NCBI GenBank assembly: GCA_013239625.1 | Contig: MU053304.1 | Location: 2,976,001-3,040,000 of the forward strand | DNA length: 64,000 nt | Source: Lama guanicoe | Lineage: Eukaryota | Direction of reading: 5' to 3' | Shown: positions 46,504 through 60,517 of the stretch, in pieces | How positions within the stretch are numbered: position 1 is the first letter of the stretch | Layout: each line of letters begins with the position of its first letter | Position numbers and translations under genes: made by a program | Notes under the pieces: model-generated | Told to the model about the DNA's origin: nothing | Database searches by the model: none | The model's input: only the letters and a program-made list of their open reading frames with translations

Positions 46504-49309
46504 GGTCCCAGGTGGACAGTCCATTGCACAACACCTCTGCATTTCCTCCTTTTGGCCGGAGGGCTCGGAAGGCCTTCTAGCTCTTTGTTAACTTCCATGC
46601 CTCACTGGGGGATCTAAACTCACCAGTATGACCAGGAGAAACTAGGGGACTCTCTCCAGTCTGCATCATAAGGCCATTTCTACCCAATTTTTGCCCACTT
46701 CTGTGATGCATGAAGGCTCTGTTGTGAGGCTTGTTAGATTCCAGTCACATGTCAGAGCTTGATATATTTTCTTCATTATTCTCGGATCCCGAAACTTCAA
46801 AGAAGCTCTCCCTGACCTTCCCACATATCACCACAATGAGCTCTCCCTGTCCATCCTCTCTCTACCCAGATAAAAGGGGTCATTTGTTAAATATGCTGGT
46901 GGTAGGAGTGCTGAGAGTGGAGGTGGGATTGGTTTAAAATCAGTTTGCTGCTGCTCTCTGCCTTCCTGAGAAGAAGTCTTGTGAATTACAGGCAGGCAAG
47001 GGAACACGTCGACCAGGGCTTCATCTAGTGCCACCACCAGCCAAAGCCATGTCTTTGGACAAATTATAAAATGGTGTCACCTCTGGGTAGGAGGGTTACA
47101 AAGGTATCTCTTCACCCCCCGGGCTTCCAAGGCCAGGCTTAACAGGGCACTTCCACAGCTGGCCGACCAAACTGAGCAGGAGCCAGATTCCCCCCGACTC
47201 GTCCTCCCTGGCAGGGCTTGTGGGCTGCCCAGACTGCCTGCTGAACCCATCAGCAGCCGCAGTCCTCCTCTGGTGCCCAGGGCATTGTTGATCCTCACAG
47301 TCGTGCTCACACAAAAGCCTTGAACCCTCTGAACCGCCTATCTGGTGCCTGCTCTACCGTAATGCATTTGTTCTCAAGCTCCTTTTCACTGCAAAAGAAA
47401 GTAGGAGGAAAGAGTCTGTTAGACATGCCAGGAGTCAGACTTTGATGCTATTGGTGACTAGGTTCTCTTTGGGGAGACATCGTGGCCTAGAAATGATGCA
47501 GACAGGAGTCAGAGGAGTTTGAAGTCTGACCGGCAGTCCTGCCACTTACTAGCAGAGTAACTTTTGGAACCTTGGTTTCCTCCACTTACAGTGGGGATGG
47601 TAACAGTGCCTTCCTCATGGGATTCTTGTAGCCATTAAAGGGTGTAAAATATGCAGTGTACTGTGTACCCCTTTAAATTTGCAGGCACCTAAACTGTTTT
47701 CTTCAAACATTATCATGCTGCAGTTATCTGCCTCTATAACTGCATTATCTAGCTCTGAAATACATACATGCACAATGTGTCTAACCATCGGTTCAAGGTA
47801 GAATATCACTTTGAAAGATTTTTTTACAATCTGGTTATGGTTATTTAGCTGCTAAGCAACCCATTGTCAGTAGGGGGCAGCAGTGTACATATGTTATAGA
47901 TGAACGGTAACACGTGTTTCAAAGCCCAGAGCTCGGGTCAAGAGAGTCAAGTGTATGCCAAGAACAGGACTTTCTTCTGGCTTCCCGAAACCTACCGTTG
48001 AGGGTCATTCCTTGGATATACCAAAGCAGTACATAAGACAGATTCTCATTTCTTTTATCTTTTCCTAATTTTGATTTATTTTTTAAGGTTTGTAATTTGA
48101 AAGTGTTCTCTCTGCTTTGAAAAAATATTCAGAAGTGGTGAGCTAGGTATTTTTGTTGTTAGCTATTGCATTTAACTTTCCTTATGTGTTACTGCTGTAT
48201 TCTTAACCATAATTGACTATATTTGAGAGAGAAAAAAATCAGTTTGTGAGTGGATAATAAAATAATGATAATTATAAGTGACCTAGCTATAAGAAATCAA
48301 AAAGTGTGATTGGAATAGCCCTGCGAATGATATGCAAATGTGCCAGCAATGGCAGCAATAATAATTAACAGTTACTGAGTGCCTACTTAGTGCCAGGCAC
48401 TGGGTTAAGTGCATTGCACAAATTATTACCCAATTTGATCTTCCCAAAACCTCTGTTAAGTAAGGATCACCCCCATTTTACAGATGAGAAACTGAGGCCC
48501 TGAGAGGATAAGCTAGCTCGAGCTTCTTTCTCCCTATTTCTGGCCTTTTTAAATAGTTCTTTTATTTAACCAAATTTTTGTTTGCCTGTTGGTCTAAAAT
48601 TTGTATTAAAAAAAAAAACTAAAATTCTGCTTTGTCCTCCCTTGGTTTAATGGGGAGCTTTTACCACCAATGAGGAGCTGCTTATCATACTGCTTTCCTG
48701 AGGTGAGCCCGTGCCGACTCAAGAACCACGGGCCCTGAGGGACTCCCCGTATGATGTCTCGCAGACTCCAAGACCGTGGTAGCTTGGCTGCCTCTCTGCC
48801 AAGTTTGTGACTTCACGTGTGCCTACTGAACTGAATACATGGTTACTACAGGTTAATATTTCTAAATGGAAAAAAAATAAACTGCTCTTATTATGTTTTG
48901 TTTTCCGTGGGAAAATATACAAAAACACTTTAAAAAATAAGACCTTTGAGACCTATAGTACTGTTATGATTATTATTGTCATTGCTGTCTTTATCCTTCC
49001 TCCCAGGACTTACCTCCCCAGAACTTCCTGGCATCTCAGAGCAGCGATAATTGTGGGTAATTGCAGGAAGACAGCTATCTTGGCTGGTCTACTGCAGGAG
49101 GGGGTCCACATCTTTTCTTCCTCACTTCTCTTTCTCTGACCCCATTGGCACCCTTTTTCCTTCTCGAAGCCTCTTTGGTTTCCTCCTGCCTTTCTGATCT
49201 ATTTCCATCTTCCTCGTGTTTCAATCCCATGTTACCATCTTCAACTTTACCTACGTAACAGCATCCTTTTTCCAAACCAGCTCCTCTTCAGAGACTTTAA
49301 AGACTTCCT

Positions 49310-49449
49310 GGGGGGGGGGTATAGCTCAGTGGTGGAGTGCATGCCTCGCGTGCACGAGGTCCTGCGTTTCATCCCCACTACTTCCATTGAAATAAATTAA
49401 TTAATTAAACCTAATTACCTCCCCCCCCAAAAAAATTATCTAAAAAAAG
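49310..49449 (+). mobile_element. tRNA-derived SINE (Vic-1 type)
   Basis: gggggtatagctcagtggtggagtgcatg...; TSD aagacttcc at 49300-49308 and 49450-49458. Confidence 0.9.
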
Positions 49450-51020
49450 AAGACTTCCCACTTTTTTTTCCTCATATTTGGTCAGCTGATAAGTCCTTTT
49501 GTTTCCAAAATTCTTGTATGGCCGCTTTGGCAGAGCTGAAAGCTTGGCTCACTCAACTCTGTTTCCCCCTGGCAGGTGTCCCAGGAGACTACAGACTTTC
49601 TCAGAGCCCAGGTTCCACCTGTCCTGACTTCCGTCAAATCGGTGATGCCCATGCCATCTGAAAGTAGAAGCAATCTCAGGAGGCAGAGAAAAATAAAATA
49701 CTGTGTTGCGCACCCTATCCAGTTAGGAGGCAAAAAATTGGCTGGAATGTAGGACACTTTGAATTGAAAGCTTTAGCTCATTTACTGAGTGACCAGGAAT
49801 GTAACTAACTTTGAGCGGGATTGAATATTAAGAGGGTTTTCAATTCTTCCAGGCCACAGTGAAAGCATTGGCCCTTATGAGTCAAAGGATACGGGAGCAT
49901 TAAAGGAAGAATCACAACTCAGGTCCCTAAGTTTTGAAGCCAACCATGCCCCTTTCTTCAAGTGAGTCTTCTGGAAAATACTTCTTGGCTTGTTATAGGA
50001 CCCTGGTAGAGACAAAACCCCTCACCAAAGGACAAGTTGGCTTCGTAAACAGAGGTGCTGGGTTTTGTCCGGCTTGATGGGCTGTAAAGTCAGGCATAAC
50101 CAGCAGCACACTGTCAGCAAGAAGATAAGCTGCAGGCCCTGAAGGCTCAAGTCTGCTGTATAAAGAAAGCATACACCCACAGCGTGACTGCCCCTCTGAG
50201 CCAGTGTCTTTTCTCACACCCTTGGCCACATAGGGAGCTCCCACTAGTGGACTGAAGAAGAAGAAAAAAAAAATCAAACAGTTTACACGTGGCCTCCCAA
50301 GTTGGAAGTGGACTGCTGTGAAATTACAGTCCCAGCCAGAAATGGCCCTTAAGGACAGTGGGGAATGGAAAATCACGCCCGGGGACAGAGCCCATCTCAA
50401 AGTCCGCTTGGCATGGAGTCAGAGAATGGTTTGGTGTTTGAGCAATTTTTATAATTTATACAAATATTCAGGGCATTGGAAGGAAATTTTTGTAATTTGG
50501 TGAGAAGGAAGTTTAGAGAAGAAGGGTGGAGGAGTTTCTTAGAATGGGGCCATTGTGACACTATTTATGTCCCACATGAATGCTTTCCAAAGACCCCACC
50601 CCCGCCAGAGTAGAGGTTCTAAATGATCAAGGGAAAACACCAAACCTGCACAGGAGCTGTCAGTCAGCCTCCTCCCCACATACCCCACTTTTGCCTCAAT
50701 GAATTCATGCTTCAGGTGACCGTGGAGGCAGAAATGAAGGTAAGGCACGGCTCAGGGAGGGCTTCTTCTCACCAAGGCTGTCACCTGTCTTTTGCCCCTG
50801 CCGAGTGTCTGAATCACTCTCAGCAGCACCCTACCTGGGAGCCCACTGTACTGCACCCTGAGGACCGGGCTGACACCATCAGAAGGCTGATGGCACCGGA
50901 GCTGCTCCGTCATGGAGGGAACAGAAAATTGCCTCCAGCAGACAAGACCTTGATGCTGGATAAGAATCTTCCTTCTCTGCTTAGCATGCTCCCTCCTGCC
51001 ACACAGTGTGCCTCATGCAT

Positions 51021-51358
51021 GGCTGTAGGTTGAATACATGTGTCCCCTCCAAATTCATATGTTCAAATTCCAATGCCAAGGGTGACGGCGTAAGGAGGTG
51101 GGAACTGTGGGAGTTGATTAGGTCATGAGAGTGGATGAATGCCCTTTTAAAAAGACGTCAGAGACAGGAATCCCCAGCCCCTTGTCCCATGTGAGGACAC
51201 AGCAAGACGTCCGCAACCTGGAAGACGACCTCCACTCGACCTTGCTGCACCCTAGTCTCAGACTTCCGGTCTGCAGCTCTCTCTGAGATAAATTTCTGTT
51301 GTTTAGAAGCTGCCCAGTCTGTGATGTTTCGGTACAGCAGCCCCAACAGACCAAGACG
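51021..51358 (+). mobile_element. MaLR LTR (MLT1A-like)
   Basis: tgtgtcccctccaaattcatatgtt...tgagataaatttctgttgtttagaagc...gaccaagac. Confidence 0.8.
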
Positions 51359-51549
51359 TGCATCATGGTGATACCCAAACAACGCTGCTCCTGAACAAGG
51401 ACTCGCAGCCATGCTCAAGAATTAAGACAGACAGAGGGTTCCCCGTTCTTACCACAGCCTGACCGCCTGGAAGCACCTGGCCTGCAGAGCACGCAGTTCC
51501 AGGGCCGGGGGCAAGGCCACACTAGTTTAGATTGTAGGTCCCAATGTGC

Positions 51550-52720
51550 TTATTTGCACCAAGCCAGCAACCATATTGGGTGCCAGTTTCCCCATAGATT
51601 TTTCTGGGATCTTAAGGATGGAAATGAGAGTGGCATCTCTTAACATCCCACCTCATAGTTCGGTCACGAAAGTTGGATTACTGTCTTGTCAGCTGTGGCT
51701 CTGCTGGTTTAGAAATCTGAATTTCCAGGACAAAACTATTCCATGAGACACAACCACGTTCCCATAGCTGAGAACTGCCCTTTGGCCACTTCAGGTTCCT
51801 GTGTTCCTAGATAAACAGGCTGAAAAAAGGAAGGTGACCACAATGATGGGGGGTGGTTAGACCGGTTATCAGGCGGAAATAGAATTCCTGTTAAATTAGG
51901 CAGACAATGGGAGACTATCCCTGAAACCAAGAAGCCCTGCGGGTGGCCCCGCATTGTGCCAAGTCAAGTGGTAAAAGTCAATGGAAGACCCCGAGGACCA
52001 ACATGACAAGGACCTCCCTAAGATTCATGCCCTTCAGGGGTGAGGGCTGGGTTACCCACCCCCCACCCCCGACGTAAAGAACCCCAGCATGCTGAAGGGC
52101 TGGCTGAAGACAAAGGCGACACAGAACAGGCAGTGGAGTAAAAAGATACAAATGCCAGTTACCAAATAAAGCCTCACGATCAGTTGCAGAAATGAACATC
52201 ACTGTAGCTAATGTAGCTAACAGTTCTTCCCTCTGTGCTGTGTCATATTTTTATCCTTTCTCTCCTTTTTCTCTACTGGCTCACACAGGGCTTCATCTTC
52301 TCCACATGCTATGGTAGAACAATCAAGACTGTGATTAAACTAAAAGGGGGAAGACCAGCTCCCAGGGGTGAATGCTGCAGCTGATGGATGACATGTGGGG
52401 TCTCTGCTTTGGTGGGAGAAGTTGAATGTGTTCTCATTCGCATGAGGGATGGTTTCATTACAATAATGAGTGCTCCCCCCGCCCCCGGTGTTGTTACGGT
52501 TTGGAAGTTTGAGTGAGGGCAGGGAATTCATGGGTATCAAGTAGCCAAAGTTGTGGTCTGTGGCAAGAATCAGATATTGGCTCCAGCAAGGGCACTCGAA
52601 CCCCCTTGCATTGCATCAGGCCCTACTGCAAGCTGGAGGCTGAGAAACCGAGACTGCATTTCCCAGACACCCTTCTAGCACAGGTTTCCCAACTGACCTT
52701 GCCACCAGCCCTCTGGAAAA
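51550..52720 (+). mobile_element. Decayed ERVL internal 3' region plus LTR16-like LTR start
   Basis: ERVL-like motifs (ggtaaaagtcaatggaaga; gtagccaaagttgtggtctgtgg junction; ctgcatttcccagacaccctt). Confidence 0.55.
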
Positions 52721-53822
52721 AAGCACGGGGGAAGAGGTGCTCAGACCCAGGTTTGGGCTACATTCTCAGCTACAACAGAAAATTCAGAGTCAGAAGGATG
52801 GGAGTTTGAATCCCTACTCTGCTACCAAATCCTATGAGGACGTGGGCGATTTCCTGACCTTCTCAGAAATCCATGGGTAAAATGATAGCCCCTCCCTTGG
52901 AAAATTATCCTGAAAAATAAGAGAGATCGTGAGTGTAAACCACCTAGTAGAGTACCTGGCACACATCGCCGAATGTTGGTTCCTTATCCCTTAACAATTG
53001 ACAGATCTGTTTGGCAGTTTGGCAACTGGTCATATGTTTTCCCAAGATACAATGAGTAGAAAATGTGCAACATTGCACGAATGATAAGAAAAGCATTTAT
53101 GATATTATCTAACTGGGCATAAAGCCGGGGGAAATATCACTCCAACAAGGATCTGGTTTCTTTTTACAAGTAGAACATTATCTGGACAAAAAGCCCCCAT
53201 TAGAATGTAGGGCCAACATCACATTAATACGCTGGACCTCATCACTCTTTAACCAGATGTTAGTTAAGCAGTTTGCCAGTGATGGAACTGTGTTTTGTGC
53301 AGCCCCCTGACTCCTCTATCACCTTGATTTGTTTCTCCCTTGGAGCAGAAAGTTCTATTTAATACAAAGCAACTGCCTACAGTGAATACTAAGCAATTGC
53401 CTTAAGTTCCTAAAATAGGTTGTTACATGTTCTCCACTTTCATGTTAAAGCAGAACTACTTGAAATGCTTGTTCTCAGAATTAAATTGCAGAGGTGAAAA
53501 GGATAAAAATTCAGACGGAGTTTCTTTACAGTGGAAACCACCACTTTTGAAACAATAAAGCGAAGTTAGCTTTCTAGGCTGGCTGTCTTGTGGAGGCTAT
53601 TGTTCCGTAAGTGTTTGGTATCTGATAATCCAGAGCTGCACAGAAAAGCTATTCACTAGCAAGTAACAAAATATACAATGCGTGATGCATGTTCTATTAT
53701 AAACTACTCAGTACTTTCCGTGCCCAAGGTGAAGGGAGGAAGCTCACCTTTGAGAACTCACTTAGAGGAGAGAAGGAATCTATTTTCTCTTTTATTTTCT
53801 CTGAAAGTTGTGTGCCATTCTT

Positions 53823-54048
53823 TTTTTTTTGAACATTTTTTATTGAGTTATAATCATTTTACAATGTTGTGTCAAATTCCAATGTAGAGCACAATTTTTC
53901 AGTTATACATGAACATACCTATTTTCATTGTCACATTTTTTTTCGCTGTGAGCTACGACAAGATCTTGTATACATTTCCCTGTGCTATACAGTATATTCT
54001 TATTTATCTATTCTACATTTTGAAATCCCAGTCTGTCCCTTCCCACCC
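53823..54048 (-). mobile_element. Young 5'-truncated L1 3' end with perfect 17-bp TSD
   Basis: TSD agttgtgtgccattctt at 53806-53822 and 54049-54065; poly-T head with minus-strand AATAAA. Confidence 0.92.
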
Positions 54049-55709
54049 AGTTGTGTGCCATTCTTAAATATTTCCAGACTATATTTATCTGATTCTTTTA
54101 ATATAACCAGAAATATTAAAACAATGACCTGATATTTAGGTATATACTTAAGATATTGCTTGATACATGTATTAATTACACCCATTTGTTAATGGTGATA
54201 GGAAGGCGGTAAAGAAAGAAGGCAGATGGTTAAAGAGAAAGAAAACAGAGGCATTAAAAGTAGACAAGCAAGAAGAGAAAAATATAGGAGATACACAAAG
54301 CCAGAGGGAGAGAGAAACTCCAAAATATAATCAGAACACAGTGCTAAGTAATCTGAATTCCAATTCAAGATTTTGGGAGTAAGTGATGATAAGTGTAGGA
54401 GTGAAGGTGTTTATTCCTCTTTCCTCCCTGTTTGCCGAGAGTGTGTGTTCACCACCATGTATCCCTGTGCTTAACCCAAGGACAACAAGCCCTGTTCAAT
54501 AATTGGACGAGGATGAGGAGGCATCCGAGAACCACAGAAGTTCACTTGCAAAGATGTTGAAAGGTGTCCCCCTCCACAGCCATTGTTCAGTCTACCTTGG
54601 TTCCTTCCAGGAACAAAGAATACACCTCTCAAGACAGTTAGGGATAGTGTCCTTCTAGTAGGCTAAATTCTCAGCCTACATCCACCACCAGTTCAGCCCT
54701 TGACATTGGACCCAGCAAATTGAATCTGTCTTCTGCAGGTCAGCCCAGCAGAAGCTGGCCATATGTGTCCTTTAAGACCACCTTGACACCCCACTGCTTC
54801 CTCACACCGGTGTCCTTTCCCTCTTCATGATGACCTGCCCTCTGAAAAGGTTTTTCTCCTCTTCTTCTTTTCATTCTGGTTCATTCTCTTGGTGTGGTCT
54901 GAATAGCACAAAGGAAAGGGGCTGCTACCTTCCCCATTCTAGAGGCCACGAATCTACTGCTGTGTCTGCCATTCAGATGACTTTTCTTTGGGAGGCCACG
55001 TGGGATTAGGGAGGGCTCACCACTGAGGAGCAGTTTACAGATTACATGCCTCACACTAAAAACAGTTTCCTTCCCCTTCTCTGCACACAAAGTTCTGGGA
55101 AGTTGTTGAAACCGGACAAGGATATTTGTCTTTGGCTCAGTCTCAGCTCTCTCCGTGGGCCAGGTCTCCTAGGATGTTCCCAGTGCTTTGTTCCTTTAGC
55201 ATCTGCCATTTGCAAGGGTCTTTCTGGGACTCACTCCAATAGCCAGTGCGGTGCCAGTCTCTACATTAGCTGCCTTCCTCGACAATCTTCTTCCAAACCT
55301 TCTCCCAGCCAGACGACTTCCTCCCGCACAGTACTATGGTGAAGAGGGCTAGTGCTGAGCTAGGCTGCATTAAGACTCAACTGCAGGAATCCAGGCAACC
55401 ACGTTAACCTCCGTTCTCTCTCCTGCAAAATAAGGATAATAATAGTGCCAACTTCCTGGTATCCTCATGAGACGCAGCATCACATATGAACCCCTAGAGC
55501 AGCGCCAGGCTCTCAGCCAGGGCTCGGGAAGCATTAGGTACTGTTGCAATGCTTGCTCTGGCTCTGCCTCCTAAGAAAGCCCATGTGATTTATAAAGTCA
55601 CACCAAAGAGGGGGACCGCTGGCTCTAAAGTGTTGAGTGCAGGTTTCCTCAGTATCAGGCTCCTGCGATGGCATGCTGAATGACATGGTTACAAATATTT
55701 TTTTCCCTT

Positions 55710-55865
55710 AAATTCTCAACCTTGGCTACATACTGTAGAATCACCTTCAAAGCTAATGCCCAGGCTGGCCCCCTCTTCTAGATATTCTGATATAGGTAGC
55801 CTGGGTGGGGCTCAGGCATAGCTCCCCAAATGAGTATAATGGGCACCCATGGATGCGAGCCACTG
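55710..55865. mobile_element. MER5-type hAT MITE (left arm of inverted pair)
   Basis: ttctcaaccttggctaca..agaatcacc..agatattctgat..gagccactg. Confidence 0.7.
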
Positions 55866-56872
55866 ATGCATTGCAAGTTTATATATAAATAACACTTGCC
55901 ACGGCACCCCTCCCAGAAACACTAATCTCACAGATGTGAAGGGGGACCAAGTACCTCTACGTTTCTAAGGCTTTGCAGTTGATTGCAATGTGCTTTGGAA
56001 AACCACTGGCCAGTGAATCTCCATCACCTCTCCAAAGATGATGAAGAATGGTTAGCTCCCGAACCGCAATCTGAGATGTGGTATCTGTCGGGGATGATGC
56101 TGTCCCCAGTCCACACTCTTCTAATCTGGACCCAGATGCTCACACTGAATCCCCGGCGGGGGGAGGTGGGCGGGCGGGCAGCCCTGGGTAGAAGTGCTAC
56201 CAGGAAGGCAGGGAGCTCTCCAGCCCCCGGCTCTTTCCTTCCCAATCAGGAAACTCACGACGCAGAGCAGCTTCTGTCACTGCTAATGAGAAAACAGGGA
56301 GAAATGTTTGGAGCCATGAGACCTCGCTCTGTGTTCAGTTTGAACATTTTAGATTGAGTGACATAGCCTTAGGAAAGCTGTGTCTATTTCTGTCAACATA
56401 TGCATGTGAGAACAGATTTTCAACAATAACTGATGAAGATTAAATCCAGGAAGAAGAAGAATATTATCACTTCATTTCACAGCACACCAAATATAGATGT
56501 GCAAACTGACAAGCTTGTATAAAGCAAAGTAACTCAGAAAAAGTAGGAGAAACTGGTGTGTTGTTATTTAGTTGTGTCCATCTAAGTTCTTTAGTACATT
56601 TTTTTAAAAAAGAAGTATGACATTTGGGAATCAACATAACTTTAGTTACTATGCTTCTTAAGATAATTTCCCATTATTCTGAAATTACTCTTCCCATATT
56701 TACAGTGTGAAATAGCCTTTCTTTAATGAAATGATGGTATATTTAATTAAATGATGGTTGAAAGCAAAGACAAAGGCAAAGTTTCTGGGAGGGATTCCTT
56801 GGCATGTGTATATACATTTAAAACCACATGAGTGATCTGAGTCTCACCCTCATTAAGAAACGTGCAATGCAT

Positions 56873-57031
56873 CAGTGGTTCCCACTCATGGGTGCCCATT
56901 CTACTCATTTGGGGAGCTATGCCAGGGCCCCACCCCAGGCTACTTATATCAGAATATCTGGTAGAGGGGTCAGTGTGGGCATTAGTAGTTTTTGAAAGCT
57001 TTGAAAATGATTCTCCTGTGTACATTTAGCC
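56873..57031. mobile_element. MER5-type hAT MITE (right arm, opposite orientation)
   Basis: Reverse complement aligns to 55724-55865. Confidence 0.7.
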
Positions 57032-57196
57032 TTACTTGTTCATTGTTTTTAATGACCCCACTTTGAACAAATAAAGGGTTGGTAACTCTGTTAGTCAACC
57101 TTCCTTCACACTGAATCCTCCACACCTTTTTGAAAACCGATCCATGAAATCCCAGATCTGGAAATAAGCAGCTTCTGCAAATTGCTTTTCAAAGTA

Positions 57197-57702
57197 CAGA
57201 TCACCCTCAACTCATGATGGGATCATGTCCCAGTAAAGCCACTGTAAGCTGAAAATATCAGAAGTTGAAAATGCTTTGAATATACCTAAATTACTGAAGA
57301 TCACAGCCTGCCCTCGCCCACCTTAAACGTGCTCAGAACACTTACATTAGCCTACAGTTGGCCACAATTATCTAACACAGAGCCTCTTTCATAATAAAGT
57401 GTTGAATATTTCACATAGTTGATGGAATGCTCTACTGAGAGTGAAAAGCAGATTGGTTGTCTGGAGCCAGAAAGGTCATAAGTGTGTTGGTTGTCACCCT
57501 CATGATCATGTGGCTGATGGGAAGCTGTGGCTCGAGGCCACTGCCCAGCATCACAAGAGAGTTTTGCACCACATATCACCACCCCAGGAAGAGATCAACA
57601 TTCAAAATTCGAAATATAGTTTCTACTGAATGTGTATTGCTTTTGCACCATTGTGAAATCGAAAAAAAAATCTCAAACTGTCGTTAAGTCATGAACCCTC
57701 GG
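57197..57702. mobile_element. MER47/Tigger5-type DNA transposon
   Basis: TA-flanked; ccttaaacgtgctcagaacacttacattagcctacagttgg matches MER47 as recalled. Confidence 0.85.
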
Positions 57703-58574
57703 TATTTAAACAATATTCAAACACACAAAGTATTTAAACAAAAATGTATGTGTACAAAATTAGTATCTCTGAAATAGTGGCATTGTAACAAATGTCCCAG
57801 TTGTTTCTTCCATTTAAAAACCTGAAAATGAAACTAGAGATATTGAATTTTTAAAAATGAAGTTTCTTTACTCAAATGGATCCATAACTACTGACAAGAT
57901 AATGAGAGAAGGAACAAAATGAATAGGTATTTGGGAGAATCAGAGATTAGTTGATTTGGAATAATGAACAAGCAGGGAAGAAGATATTGGATGGATGGAT
58001 GGATGGATGGAAGGATGGAGTCTGGATAAATGATGAAGAAAAGGAAGGGGGATAGAAATAGGAAGACTAAAAAGAATTGGGAAGAGAGAGAGAATAAAAA
58101 GAACTGGAAGAGGAGGAGAAAAAGGAAATAAAGTATAAGGAATGTGTAGAAGCATCAAGGGAAAAATGTGCTGAGAGTTATTCTCCAAGTGGATTAAATG
58201 AAGACCATGGACTGTTTACTCCTCTGAAAACAAGCGAGTTGATTTTGATGATCTCCAATATTCAGCTGTGCCATTCTGTGTGTGTATGGGGTACACAAAG
58301 AAGGAGAAAAAGGAAAAAGGAGAGGAAAGGAGGTTGAGTAATTCCAAGGTATTAGGCCATGAATTCACTTACTGTGGTCACTGTAACGAGTTACCGCAAC
58401 CTTCCTGGCTTAAAGCACAATTTTACTCTCCTACAGTTCTAGAGATTGGAAGTCCTAAAACCTAGGCAGCCCTCCTGTGCGATTGTCACGCAGGCTTTGA
58501 TTCAGAGGCCCAGGCTCCTTCCATCTTTGGACTGTGTCTTCTTCTACTTGTGCCTCCCAAGACTGCCTTAAGGA

Positions 58575-58770
58575 TACAATTGTCATATTTAGCCAGTGAA
58601 AATACAGGACACTTCATCAACTCTGAATATCAGATAGACAGCACATAATATTTTTAGTATAAGTATGCTCCAAGTATCACGTGGGGCATAATAATGCTAA
58701 AAAAAATTATGTTGCTTATCTGAAATTTAAAATTAACTGGGCATCCTCTATTTTATCTGGCAAACTTCCT
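58575..58770. mobile_element. MER53-type palindromic MITE within a MaLR-like LTR remnant
   Basis: aaaatacaggaca...tttttagtataagtatg...tatctgaaatttaaaattaactgggcatcctctattttatctggcaa. Confidence 0.75.
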
Positions 58771-60517
58771 TGGGGATCACACCCATTCCAACCAGCCAGA
58801 TGGGGAAAGAGCATAGATAATCATGCTCTAAGGGGCATTTATGGCCCAGACAAGGATGCACATTTGCTCATCAGTTATCCCATACCAGCTCTACACTCAG
58901 GATAATTTCTCCCCCATCACTGAGCAGCCACTCTAGTCCCTTCCTTATCTGCTTTAAATGCTAATCTGTGCTTATTGCTACTCTTTTTGTAAGCCTCCCA
59001 AACTCCTTAATATTGCCTAGGAATCCCTGTTCCTAACCTATTTCTGCAGCCTTCTTTATAACTCACTCCTCGCTTCCCAACTCCTGCCACACTGTCTCCC
59101 TTCAGCACCTCATATAAATCCTTGAACCCAAGCAGAGTTCATCTGTGCTTCCATAATTGCTCAGAGGAGAAATGTCAAGACCCAAATGAGCTGAATGTCA
59201 TTTAGGTCAACATCTAGGGCCATACCAGGAGGGGCTGCAAGTAAGTCTTCCTTCTATTTTGTGAAGTCTCAGGTTTCTTTCCAGTTCTCTTTGGATTCAG
59301 AGTCCAGAGTCTTTAACTGGCTCAAGCAGCTTTTGTTAGTATACCCCAAAAGGTAAAAAAGAAACTGAATATAGAAAACAGTGCAAAATGTGAATTTGTT
59401 TAAGGGAGGGTGGTTTTTAGTCTTCCGTTTAAAAAAAAAAAAAAAAAAGGTCTGACCCAGTTTTCAACTAGGTCAAGATGTGGTAGACTGACTGAGTTAA
59501 ATCATGAAAGGCACAAATTACTCCAGAGCAGAGGAGGGTTTTCATGAAGTCACTTGCTAGCCGCTCCCTCAGCTTGAGTGCAACTTGACTTTCCACTTGA
59601 GAGAGTGCCATGCCTCCAAGGAAAAGTGAACTCATGATTTTGACATCCCTCTACTTTTATTTTCCCATCTTCCTCCCAACTTTCACCGTGTTCCCCATAC
59701 CTTCAAGCAATGGTTGGTTTTCCCCTGCTTTAATGACTTGGAGTGACTCAAAATGCATGGCTATGCGGTGCTTTTCATGTTTTCTTTCCTTTTTTCTCTT
59801 TCTTTTAGTAAAGTAAGATGAAAAGAGACCTGAAATTTAGAAAATCTAATAGTTTCATTCTTTTTCTATTCTTCTATATTTTTACCTGCATCATAACTCA
59901 AACATTTTTTGCTCTTTTGGCCCAATTATTTCCCTTAACATCTTTAAATGATTCAACTGCTAGGGTTTTTCTTTTATGCCATTCTTGTTTCTTTTCTAAA
60001 GGTTTTTCTATTACTTGGTTTCGTCAGTCTTTAAAATGTGGGCCTTCTTGGCTTTCTATAAATGTTTGTCTTTTTTAAAATGAGCCTCATTTTATTCTTT
60101 TTTTTTAACAATATAACATTTCATTTTATTCTTGCTTCATGAAATTTTAATTTTCACATTCCCATTAGACATTTCTGATCAACTTCTCTTTTTTTCTGTT
60201 AACACTTTGTTTCTCACATCTCTTTCATTTATTCTTCCCCTTCCTTCCCCTGAGAGGGAAATGGTCTTAACAACTCAGCTTCTAAGATCTTGTTTGTTTT
60301 TTCCTTTCCTTTTTCACTCTAGCTTTTACCTAGAAGCTTAATTTTTAAATCTTTACTGTCTTCCCTCTCTGTCTCTCTCCTGGCTCATTCCCTATCTGGT
60401 CTTCTTCTTTGTGCCTGTGCCTAAGTTTTCCCTTCTAAGTTTTCCTTAGATCACGCTCTCTTGTCCTCCTTCACTAAATGCTATGTTTAAGATTCCAGGA
60501 TACTTTCCAGATATCCA

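Noticed and set aside
48819..48840. GTGCCTACTGAACTGAATACAT resembles miR-24 5p arm
   Set aside because: No complementary 3p arm follows, so no hairpin; likely chance
49310..49385. tRNA-like sequences here and at 10065 and 40139
   Set aside because: A-rich tails, TSDs and degenerate cloverleaf identify them as SINE heads, not tRNA genes
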